Assembly: GCA_963733295.1 (NCBI GenBank)
Contig: CAVTCS010000003.1
Location: 2,016,001-2,080,000 of the forward strand
From: Vulcanimicrobiota bacterium
Lineage (GTDB): Bacteria; Vulcanimicrobiota; Vulcanimicrobiia; Vulcanimicrobiales; Vulcanimicrobiaceae
Length of the DNA: 64,000 nt
Reading direction: 5' to 3'
In this document: positions 9,499 through 19,348 of the stretch, piece after piece
How the letters are laid out: every line of letters starts with the position of its first letter
Numbering within the stretch: position 1 is the stretch's first letter
The notes under the pieces: generated by a model
What the model was told of the DNA's origin: nothing
What the model saw: only the letters and a program-made list of their open reading frames with translations
Database searches by the model: none
Program-made: the position numbers and the translations under genes

Positions 9499-10765
9499 GA
9501 ACCCGAACCCCAACGTCGATGTTTGAATGGACCGAAGGAATGGCTTCAGTGTCCGGTATTGCATGCCTGAAGCCAACGCGCGAAAGCGCGATGTAGAACG
9601 CAGCGACGTTCATCAGCGCCCAGATGGCAAAGCCGACCGTGTAGCCGCCTAGAAGATTCTTGCTGGCCGCCAGGGTGACCGTCATGGTGAAGCCGCAGGC
9701 CGCACCGGCGGCCTTGGCCAGCCCGCTGACCGCGCCCACCTGCCTGAAGTAGAGCGGTATCAGCTTGACGACCGCCGCTGCGGCCGTGCCGGATAGCAGC
9801 GCAAGCCCATAAATGGCGAACAGCTCGACGCGCAGTGAAATCTGCATAGCCAAGACCACGGCCAGAACGACCATAATGCCGAACAACCAGCCCAGCATTC
9901 TCAATGCATCGAAACGATCGGCCAGCCAGCCGCCGAGCGGCCGTGTGATGGCGACACAGACCACCAGCAGCGGGGTGTACAGCATGGATGCCTGGACAGC
10001 ATCCACGTGCCACTTGTCGACCAGATATGTCGGCATCGCCGACGCGAAGAAGGTAAGCGTGCCGAAGGACACCCAGTAAAGGTAGGGCACCAGCCAGACC
10101 ACTACACCCGAACGGTACACGGCGACGATTTCGCGCACCGAAGCACCTTTGTGCTGCCCGTACGGCGAATCGGACGTGAAAAACCAGTAGACCAACGCCA
10201 TCAAGAGTGTGGGAATGGCGAAGATCGGGAATATCAGGCGCCAGCCGTCCGGGCCGCGCAAGACGTGGGTAACTAGGAAAGTTACGGTCATCATGCCGAC
10301 GGTGATTCCGATATTGCCCAGAGCAAAGATGCCAAGGGCTCTACCCTGCTTCGATTTTGGATACCAGGACGCTACATGAGCGTTGCCGACCACGAAGGTC
10401 GCGCCTCCGAGTCCGAGCAGGCACCCCAGCAGCAGCAAGGAGTAGTAGCCGTGGGCGAAGGGCCCGAAAAATAGGGGAACGGCGAGGCACAGAAGCAAGA
10501 GCGTGAAAACCGTCCGGCCGCCGAACTTGTCCGTCAAAACGCCGAGCGGGATGCTGACCGCGGCTGCGAAAAGCGGTTCCACCGCGGCCAGGACGAGCAC
10601 CTGAGTGGCGCTGAAGTTGTACCACTTAATCAAAAATGGGGCGAGCGCGGAAAACATTCCCCAAACCGCAAAACCGAGCGTAAACGCCAGGAACGATACG
10701 AACAAAACCCTGGGGTTGCCCGGCGGATCGGCCATCGGATCAACCGCGACAACTGGACTCTTCAC
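9485..10765 (-). CDS. narK: MFS nitrate/nitrite transporter, NarK/NasA family
   Basis: About 12 hydrophobic segments; AFTLGFAVW, LGLGGATF, WYPKSKQGRALGIFALGNIG, RPLGGWLADRF. Confidence 0.78.
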   Translation of the reverse strand: MKSPVVAVDPMADPPGNPRVLFVSFLAFTLGFAVWGMFSALAPFLIKWYNFSATQVLVLAAVEPLFAAAVSIPLGVLTDKFGGRTVFTLLLLCLAVPLFFGPFAHGYYSLLLLGCLLGLGGATFVVGNAHVASWYPKSKQGRALGIFALGNIGITVGMMTVTFLVTHVLRGPDGWRLIFPIFAIPTLLMALVYWFFTSDSPYGQHKGASVREIVAVYRSGVVVWLVPYLYWVSFGTLTFFASAMPTYLVDKWHVDAVQASMLYTPLLVVCVAITRPLGGWLADRFDALRMLGWLFGIMVVLAVVLAMQISLRVELFAIYGLALLSGTAAAAVVKLIPLYFRQVGAVSGLAKAAGAACGFTMTVTLAASKNLLGGYTVGFAIWALMNVAAFYIALSRVGFRHAIPDTEAIPSVHSNIDVGVRVHEQV

Positions 10766-11189
10766 GGCTTCCTCCTACCAAAAAATAAGTTTTGATCGCA
10801 GCGGAAGATTTCGATATAGCCTTTGAACCGCGGGAACCGGCTTAGCGAGGCGTCATGCCACCGAATCGGAAGCAACGTTGCGGCCGCCCGAACGCGACTC
10901 GGGTGCGCCCAGCGAGATTTTTGGCGCGGCGTGAGAATGTACCTATGTCCGGTAGTCAGCGAGCCTGCTCTTGAAACGCTTTGAGCACTGCTGTACGAGC
11001 AACTCCGCGGAAACGCCTGTGCCGCTGCTTCCTTTCCGCTCCAGACGATCCCGTTGGTGTCCGTATCCGGAAGTGGCTCATACTGCTCAGTCTACGCATT
11101 CTCAAGTTGCGCCCCGTCAAAATTGCCAGGGGTTCGTGAGAACCGGACCAACGTTGCCGAGGCGTTTCCGCTAGTAGTAGAGTGAGGCG

Positions 11190-11744
11190 ATGAGAAGACT
11201 TGGCGCCACGCTCGGAGTGCTCGCTCTCGCTGCAGGGCTACGCGGTGTCGCTGCACCAGATGCCGCACCTGAGTTTGGGCCGGAACAGAACGGTCTGTCG
11301 CTTAACATCAGGCTCGACGACCGATACACTAGGATCGCCATCGTTGGCACTATCAAGAACTCGAGCAGGCACACCGTTCGCATTTACCCCGCGCTGAACT
11401 GGTCAACGGACTTACGCGTCGTCGACAGCGAAGGTCGAGTCGTCCCGTTTCCAACTCCGACACCCATTAACTACGCGGCAGACGACTGTTCAAGATGCAT
11501 TAGCTACAAGCCATACACCGATTGGGTCATCAAGCCGCATCATACTCGGACGGATCGGGACGATGTGTTCCTAGATGCCTTCCAACTGCCTCCGGGCGAT
11601 TACTCGGTGTCGGCTATCGCGCCTATCCATCCGTACACAGGGGCACCCGCGGACCTATACCTCGGCGCTCTCAGTCAGCCGCCGCTGTTCACACTGACAT
11701 CGAACGTGATTCACGTGTTGGTCCCCCCGTTGATGTCACTGTAG
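11190..11744 (+). CDS. Hypothetical secreted protein
   Basis: GAGG RBS, signal peptide MRRLGATLGVLALAAG, beta-rich mature part with CxxC. Confidence 0.65.
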   Translation: MRRLGATLGVLALAAGLRGVAAPDAAPEFGPEQNGLSLNIRLDDRYTRIAIVGTIKNSSRHTVRIYPALNWSTDLRVVDSEGRVVPFPTPTPINYAADDCSRCISYKPYTDWVIKPHHTRTDRDDVFLDAFQLPPGDYSVSAIAPIHPYTGAPADLYLGALSQPPLFTLTSNVIHVLVPPLMSL

Positions 11745-11974
11745 GTATGGAGCGCAGGAAGAAAGGCGCCGCAATGGCGCCAACGGCTGCTCCGCGCAAC
11801 GCCGAGCGTCGCCGCTGATTGACTCAAAGTTCCAGCCATGAGCAGTGGTTCGGCGCCGCGGAGCACTTCCGCTATGGCGGGTTGGTCCTTCAGTGCGGAC
11901 CACCCAGGAAAGGCGCCTCAAAAGGGCCGCCCGCCGCTCCGAAAAGCGCCGCACACGCCCGTCCTATAAGAATT

Positions 11975-12058
11975 TGCGCGAGACTGGACTCGAACCAGCA
12001 CGCCCTTGCGGGCGCTAGCCCCTCAAGCTAGTGCGTCTACCAATTTCGCCACTCGCGC
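11975..12058 (-). tRNA. tRNA-Leu (anticodon GAG), CCA not encoded
   Basis: Reverse complement GCGCGAGTGGCGAAATTGGTAGACGCACTAGCTTGAGGGGCTAGCGCCCGCAAGGGCGTGCTGGTTCGAGTCCAGTCTCGCGCA folds as a cloverleaf with long variable arm and GTTCGA T-loop. Confidence 0.97.
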
Positions 12059-12440
12059 GGAGTCTTGGTTCTCGAATTTTTTCCCCTAGTTTAACACAGG
12101 CTTTTTTCGCTTTTCCGAGGTTCCTGTTGAACCCATTTGGACACATTCCGGGGGCAATCTAGGGCACCTTGGGGCGACCCTTGCGTCCAAATCGTGTTCA
12201 AGTTTCAACCCTTAAGAGGCGGCTCTGAGTGTTCGCAAGCGGGCTTGAGGACGCCTCGGACCCGGCGGGCGCCCCGTGGCAACGGACCCGACGGCTCATG
12301 AACCGGAACGATCAATGGCGCGCGAACAGCGCCGCCGAACTCCCGGCCTTCAATACAAAGGGCAGTATGCACGTGAAAGCGAGGACTCGCATCGCCTCGG
12401 CAAACCAGCTCGACCAATCCGACCGCGCCAGGATTTGGAT

Positions 12441-12950
12441 TTGAAACGCATTTCAGCGCTAACCTTCGCGCTAGTCCTCGTTCTTGGCACTTCTGCCCAA
12501 CCGCAGCCTACAATCACCCCCGAGGAAGAGGAACAACTTCAGCAAGATGTCTGGATGGCGTCCGGCGGCCCCTGGCACTACGCTACGATCCATTGCGTCG
12601 AGACGACGGTCAAGTGGGTCGGGTACCGCCTCTACGACTACAAGACGCACGAGCCGTCACGCGATAGCGGAAGCGCCGTGACCTTTTCCACTCGCCTCGG
12701 GCTCGAGGGATCGCAAGGGCCGAACGCGCCATCGGTCAGAGCAGGGGTAACGAAATACGGGACCGATCCGATCATTGCGGCTGAGCGCGCTGGCGACAAA
12801 GTTCAGGTCTGCCTCCTTTCGATCCCGGAGCCGAGCAGGTGGTGCAATCCGGACCGCGACTCCCGGGGTCGAAAGTACAGAGTGTACGATTATCGCCAAA
12901 AGGCAGCATACGTCGGTGAGAACGGCGAGCACTACTGCGGCGGCGCCTAA
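12441..12950 (+). CDS. Hypothetical secreted Cys-containing protein
   Basis: TTG start giving signal peptide MKRISALTFALVLVLGTSA; four Cys; ends EHYCGGA. Confidence 0.65.
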   Translation: MKRISALTFALVLVLGTSAQPQPTITPEEEEQLQQDVWMASGGPWHYATIHCVETTVKWVGYRLYDYKTHEPSRDSGSAVTFSTRLGLEGSQGPNAPSVRAGVTKYGTDPIIAAERAGDKVQVCLLSIPEPSRWCNPDRDSRGRKYRVYDYRQKAAYVGENGEHYCGGA

Positions 12951-12960
12951 GGGTGCTCAA

Positions 12961-14262
12961 GTGAGCATTATTTCGGGCAACGCACATAGTCCGGCGACGA
13001 CACATCTCTTCGCGCTCATTCTTACTGTGATGCTGTTGCTCGCGTCGCCCCAGATGATATACGCAAGCCAGTCAGGCTCTCTAAGCATTCAGGTTTCTGA
13101 TTAAGCCAGATCCCTTAGTGAACCGCCTGCCTCAGGCGCAAAGGTCCACATCGTCTTTTCGAATGGGGATGAAAACACGTCGACTACCGATGTGAACGGC
13201 CACGTCGCCTTCTTCGGGTTACCAGAAGGCGGAGCGGTAGTGACAATTCAGTCAGGCCACGAGAAGTGCAGTTTTTACGGGTCCGTTGCCGCGGGATACG
13301 TAAGCCGCGCCTGGATCGTACTAAATGGGTATTCCTCTGACTGTCTTTTTAGTGAGTACGTAGATATAATGAGTCCGATACCGAACGATCAGCTTTCGCA
13401 CGTTACCGGTGTCGTGATCTCGAATTGCTGCCAGCCGTCCGCAAGTGCTACCATTCGCTTGCAGTGGCCGGGCGGAGACATCGTGAGGACAACTGACCGG
13501 CGCGGCTATTTCTTAATCACCGGCGTACCGAGCGGCGCGACGGAGTTCAGCGTAACAAAGAGCGGCCGCACCACATGCGAGCATCAACTCGACGTGGCCC
13601 AAGGCGAAGACGTACGGCTTCTCGTGCACCAGCCTCCATCAACTCTTGTGGCCGAGCAGCCATCTTGCGCCTGGCACCTGTTCGACATCGGACAGTTCTA
13701 TCCGATAAGGGATGCTCAATCGGCGCAAATCGTACCAGCTTCAGTCCGAACGGAGCAACAAATTGCATTCGCGATGGACAAGCTTTGGCAATTTAGGGTG
13801 TCGCGGTCGATTAGCGAGTTATCTGCAACCGTAAAGGCTCTAGGCGCCGTGCAGATTGACGAAAAGTCACCGGAATACAACTTTTGGGAACGTCGCGATG
13901 TCCTGCGCGCATACGTCATCGTCCTGCGAGCAATTCAAGAAGCATCCGACCCGACGCTTAACTTGTCCGATCCGAGACAGGTCGGCTCTTGGCCGGTGAT
14001 GCCCATCTCCAGGATGACCGACCCAAACCCCGCCGTACGGGCGCAATACGAATTAATAATGAAGAGCAACGAGGCAAAAATGCGACGCGCTACCTACGAG
14101 GCTCAGCTGCGTAACTGGGATGCATTTGCAGTTGGGTACTTGACTACGATGCTCACGGTATACAAGAGCTTCAACACCCCCAGCGACACTGAATTAAGAA
14201 ACATACTAGACCAGAGCGGTCTAACAGACTCCGATAAGGAGATGATCGGGCGGTACATTTGA
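12961..14262 (+). pseudogene. Secreted protein with two carboxypeptidase-regulatory-like domains and a helical C-terminal domain, split by in-frame TAA at 13102-13104
   Basis: Signal-like segment and GSLSIQVSD*...PASGAKV...TTDVNG.VAFFGLP.G in one frame; second repeat VTGVV...TTDRRGYFLITGVPSG. Confidence 0.6.
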
Positions 14263-14308
14263 GTCTGCCGGGGGCATGGCGCAACGAGTCGCTTCCTAGA
14301 GGAGGGGC

Positions 14309-15033
14309 GTGATGCGCTACGTCTTCTTCGGCTCGGGCGACGTTCGGGCCGGTTGGAGGCTGCTTGCCTTCATACTACTGCCGCGTGCCAATCGCGCTGC
14401 TCCGCGCGATCGTTTTCGCGTTCGTTCCGAAAAACGCGACAATCGGCTTTCCACATTATCTGGGCGGGATAGCGGACCCAATCGAGTTGGCCGAGATCGA
14501 GGGCATCATCCTCATCTCCGTCACGTTCGCGACCGCGCTGATGGCAAGGTTCGAGCATCGCGCGCTAGGATCGTACGGCGTGCCATGGCGGCTCGCATTC
14601 GGGAGAGCGTTCTGGGAGGGCACGCTCTGGGGATTCGCTGCGATAAGCTTCGCGATTGCGATCATCGTCATCGGTGGCGGCGGCCATATCGACGGACTTG
14701 CTCAACAAAGTGCAACGGCGATTTTCGAATGGGCCCTACTCTGGGCGTTCGCTTCGGTGATCGTCGGGCTGGCCGAGGAGTCGCTGTTTCGCGGCTACGT
14801 GCAGAACACGCTTGGGTCGAGTATCGGGTTTTGGCCCGCAGCCGCGATCCTGTCGCTGCTGTTCCTCAGGTTTTCACCTCCTCAACGCTGGCGAGACCGC
14901 TGTCGGTCTCGTGGCATTCGGGTTCTTTTGCCTCACGCTCTGGCTGACCGGGAACCTATGGTTTGCGATCGGCTTTCATGCGGCTTGGGACTGGGGTCAG
15001 TCGTTCTTCTACGGCGTCCCTAACAGCGGAAAT
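14309..15033 (+). pseudogene. CPBP (CAAX/Abi) intramembrane metalloprotease, frameshifted and cut by IS3
   Basis: VRAGWRL, GLAEESLFRGY, GNLWFAIGFHAAWDWGQSFFYGVP spread over three frames; ends at the IS terminal repeat. Confidence 0.85.
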
Positions 15034-16581
15034 TTTCAGTACGCTTGAGTCCAGTAAGTGTTGAGTTTAGTGTGTTAAGCGACCTGGTCGACGATTTCGG
15101 CAGGTCGATTGATATACGATGCAACGGGTAGCTGGCCGGCTTTTGGTTTGCCGCGTACGAAGCGCTCAGGATGCGCGGTGTAGGCAGCGTCGAGAATGCC
15201 TTGCCGCCGCTCCAAGAGAGCGCCGGCGCGGCCGAAGTGAACGTCAGCTGGAGCGAGAAGCGCGAGCGCGCTGTGGCGATGTTGCGTGTTATACCATTCG
15301 ACGAACGCGCGGCAGAACGCTCGTGCCTCTGCGATATTGGAAAACGTCGCGGGAAATTCCGGCTGGTACTTGGCAGTTTTAAGAACGATTCGATGTGCGG
15401 GTTGTCATCGGAAACATGCGGGCGGGAATGGCTCTTGGTTACACCGAGATCGGCGAGCAAGAACGCGACTGGTTTCGAAGTCATCGAGTTACCGCGATCT
15501 GCATGTACGGTGAGCTTCTTGGGATCTACGCATTCTTTCTTGATCGTTTCGGAGAGCAACATGCGTGCCAACGCGGAGCTCTCACGATCGGCGACCATCC
15601 AGCCGACGACGTAGCGACTATAGATGTCGACGATGACGTAGAGGTAAAAATACGTCCACTTCTGCGGACCATGCAATTTGGTGATATCCCAGGCAAAAAC
15701 CTCGCGCGGCGCGGTTGCGCACAATTCGGCTTCACGTGCGCAGGACGCGTGGCTTGATCGCGTCGCTCGCCGACTTCCCCGGAGCGGTGAAGAACCCGAT
15801 ACATCGTGGACAGCGAGAAATGATAGACGCCTTCGTCCAAGAGCGTTGCGTAAATATAGGGCACGCTGCGATCGATGAATCGATGCTGGTGAACCGCGTC
15901 CAAGACTGCTTCGTTCTCTCGGGTGTCCAGAGCTAACGATGATCCGCGCCGGGCGCGTTTCTCGCGTCGTTCAGTGCGCTCGACCAGCCGTTCTTGATAA
16001 CGCCGCTGCTGTCGAGAAGAGCGCGGCACGAGTTGGTGACGTCGTCGAAAGCTCGCGCGGGAATGCCCCATCTGCTCGCACGCTTGGCGTTCGCCAACGC
16101 TCAACGGCAAGATTCACTAACGACTTGTTCCACGGCGGCAAGTCCATCTGATCCGCGCTCTCGCCGACTACAGCACGCAAGAGCGCGTAGGCTTTTCCCT
16201 GGACAGCGATAATCGTTCCGCTTTAGCTAAGCGTAGCTGCAGACGCTCGTTTTCTTTGCGCAGCCGCGTGTTCTCAACAGCGTTGGGATCGGGCTTACGA
16301 CCGCGTTTCGCCTCCAGCGGCGCGCCACCAGCGAGCTGCTTTCGCCAACCAGCGATATGCGATGAATAAATCCGTTCGCGGCGGCAAAGTGCCGCTCGCC
16401 CCACGGAGGACGCTTGCTCATACTCTTCGAGAATCCGCGCCTTATCAGCTGCGGAGAATCGGCGGCGCGAAGCCTTGGCTGGTACCTCGGGATCCGAAAT
16501 CGTGCCCTTGGATTGCATGCGTGAAACCTTTCACGCCCTCAGTAATTAAGTCCGGGTAGGTGGTCTCACGCTATGCTGAAA
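15034..16581 (-). mobile_element. IS3-family insertion sequence (orfA 16168-16518; orfB integrase core frameshifted)
   Basis: RRRFSAADKARIL, WDITKL, DIYSRYVVGW, HADRG, SRPHVSDDNP; imperfect terminal IRs TTTCAG-tacgct-TGAGTCCA (15034) and TTTCAG-catagcg-TGAGACCA (reverse complement ending 16581). Confidence 0.9.
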
Positions 16582-16934
16582 CAGAGGGCAGCGGGCTCGA
16601 CGCCCAGACTTCATTGATTTCGAGAAAATGAGACAAACCATGCCACGACCGCTAGGACCACGGTCCCGACAAAGCAGTAAGCAAAAGAATCGAAAGGGTA
16701 AATGCCGCGCAGTCGAGAGACCTCGAGCCCAACCAGAAAGCCAATTCCTAGTGCACACAGCTCAAGTTTAAGCCTTTATACTGCTCGCCGCGTTGCCTGT
16801 CGCGCTGCTCAGCGCGATCATCTTCGCGCTTGCTCCCCAAGACGCGCGCAGTTCCGGTGCGAAGGCAAAAGCGTCCGACGCACACGACATCTTAGCCGTG
16901 TCCGTCACATCGTGGTTCAAGCAGGACGAGCCGA

Positions 16935-17350
16935 TCACCTAGGGCGTCGAGAAACGACAAAGGCGCTTAGTACTGTGCCAATTACTGCCCAATTTACCGG
17001 CGCCGAGGAAAACTCCATAAAAGGACCCGACGAAGCCGGTTGACCTGTTCTGTTCAGCGCCCACGATACCACGCCCCTTAAAATAAACGTTCCCATCGAG
17101 AAAGCAGAGAGATAGCCCATAACTTGGTTCGTTGGGCGCGAACGAAAGACTGCATAGGCCAGGCCGACAAAGACCAGCAATGCGATAGCGGCTTCTGCGC
17201 TCCATCGATCACAGTCGTTACGATACCCCAGTCCTCCTGGGAAAGGGGTGGGGCTGGTTGCAAGAGGTGATAAACGGCTCCCGTGATGGCACCTGATACT
17301 GCTCCTGCGAGGCCAGCATACGCTGTGGTTTGAGAATTATCGGGGTTCAT
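16935..17350 (-). pseudogene. Small multi-TM membrane protein (one frameshift), candidate immunity protein
   Basis: ATG 8 nt after the toxin stop; hydrophobic AGLAGAVSGAITGAVY, continued in another frame by LVFVGLAYAVF...WAVIGTVLSAFVV. Confidence 0.5.
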
Positions 17351-17357
17351 CCGGGTA

Positions 17358-18260
17358 CTAACGGGGTGCAGGTTCCGGATTAGGTGGATTTTGAAGAGCA
17401 TGAAACGAGTTGCACGCGGGACTGTTACCGGGCCGAAATGTGCCCTCAATGATAAACTTGGCAAGATAGTTGTTCAAAGTAGGCTTCGTGGCACGGGAAC
17501 AAGCAGCGAGCTTTGTGTCGCAGTCGCACTTGCATCCCAGAATGCCCGCGAAGCACTTACCACTTTTTCCCACACATCGTGGCATTAGATCATGCCGCCT
17601 ACAGCAATCGTCCAAGAGGTCTACGGCATCACCTTTCCCGTTGTCATATGCGACAACCGGGTAATCGGTTTCTGCACGACCGAGTATCAAAGGCATACCC
17701 TGGGCCGCAGAAATTACCATAAAGAGCGAATTGACCATCCTTTCCTGGGTTCGGTTGGGATGGGAAATTCCATCTCGGGATACCAGGGCCTAAGAGCGGA
17801 TTCAACCCTAAGCGGTCTGTCAAAGCAGTAGGATTGTCAAAAGCATATTGATAAGGCCCGTGCCCCTCGCGAAGTCCTAGGAATCAGCCTGCGTGTACCT
17901 TCCCCAAACAGGACGATACCAGCGCGCGTTATTGTAGTTGCGGTCGGAAGAAAAGTCGTACGATTGGCCTGGGAAGGCCAGGAGCGAGGCGCCAGCCGTG
18001 TTCACGCGCGTCGCAAAGACGCGGCCGTAGGGTTCGTACTCGACCTGCCAGGTGATCGCGGGCGTCATACTGGTCGAATGAGCGGCGTGCCGAGGTGATC
18101 GGCGAAGGTCCAATGCGTCCCCGTCGTATCAACCTGTGCCACCGGTCAATTTCCGAACCAGATCTCTTTGATGTTTGCGAAAGAGTGGTGTAGATCTTTT
18201 CGATCAGGTTCTGATTCTGATCGAAAAAGAAGTTGTATGCCCCGCGCACGATGCCGCCGG
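17358..18260 (-). pseudogene. Rhs/YD-repeat protein C-terminal remnant with phospholipase A2-like toxin tip
   Basis: Across frames: EIWFGN.PVAQ, WTFADHLGTPL, WQVEYEPYG, FPGQ, YNNARWYRPVWGRYTQAD, YQYAFDNP..TDRLGL, then YGNFCGPG and DLLDDCCRRHD. Confidence 0.85.
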
Positions 18261-19348
18261 GTTTGAGCCCCGGAATATAGTCCAATGGGAATTGTGGGTT
18301 TCCGGCGAAGATGGCCTGCAAAGGAGACCCGCATGCGCAAGCGACGCTACACCGAGGCGCAAATTGTCGCAATTCTTCACGAGCTCGATGCTGGTCGACC
18401 CGCCGTCGAACTCGCTCGCAAGCACGGCGTTCACGTCAACACGTTGCGCCTTTGGCGAGGCAAATACGCCGGCCTCGACGTCAGCGATCTCACGCGCCTG
18501 AAAGAGCTTGAATCCGAGAACTCGCAGATGGAGCGCATCATCGCCCGCCAGGCGCTGGAGATCCGCGCGATGTCCGAGGTGATTCGAAAAAACGGGTGGG
18601 GCCCTCGAGCGCGAAAAAGAAGCGGTGAGGGCGCTCGAAACCGAGGGCATGAGCCAACGCCAAGCCTGTCGACTCGCAAGCTGCCCCGGGCCGACGATGC
18701 GATACAAACCACGCAAGCGCCCCGGCGAGGACCACGTCCGCGATCGGCTGCGTTGCATCGCACAAGAGCGACCGAGATTCGGATGGCGGCGGCTAAGGAT
18801 TCTGCTCAAGCGAGAAGGCCTCGTAATGAACCACAAGCGTCTTCGCCGTCTGTACTGCGCTGAAGGGCTGCAAGTTCGGCCGCGCAAGAAGCGGCGCGTG
18901 CGACTCGCCCGCGGCCATGTCTCGCCGGCGCCAACGAAGCTCAATGAGGAATGGGGCTTGGATTTCATGGAAGAATACCTGATGACCAAGCGCAAAATCC
19001 GCTTGCTGACGATCGAAGACCGCTTCAGCCGCGAAGGCCTCGCTCTCGATCCGGACTTCTCGCTTACCAGTCGACGCGTTATTCGAACGCTCGACGACAT
19101 CGCCGAGCTGCGGGGATATCCCGCTCGCCTTCGCGTCGATAATGGCCCGGAGAACGTCGCCGGCGCGATGCTGCAGTGGTCGATCGACCACAACGTCTTG
19201 CTGCATTTCATCGATACCGGGAAGCCGGCGCAAAATGCGTGGATCGAGTCGTTCAACGCGCGCGTCCGCGACGAGTTCCTCAACGTGCAGTATTTCCAAA
19301 CGCTTCCGCATCTGCGCGATGGCGCCGACGCGTGGCTCGTCGACTACA
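18261..19348 (+). mobile_element. IS3-family insertion sequence, 3'-truncated (orfA ATG 18333; orfB)
   Basis: MRKRRYTEAQIVAIL, FGWRRL, NHKRLRRLY, WGLDF, DNGPE, GKPAQNAWIESFNARVRDEFLN; AAAAAAC slippery site 18587-18593. Confidence 0.92.

Noticed and set aside
10791..10806. FNR box upstream of narK
   Set aside because: Only the TTGAT half-site is present
11007..11171. 12-bp inverted repeat GCGGAAACGCCT / AGGCGTTTCCGC
   Set aside because: Single pair about 140 nt apart with no target duplication or other copies seen; may be chance
13102..13104. Stop-codon recoding (Sec/Pyl)
   Set aside because: The codon is TAA and no recoding signal is evident
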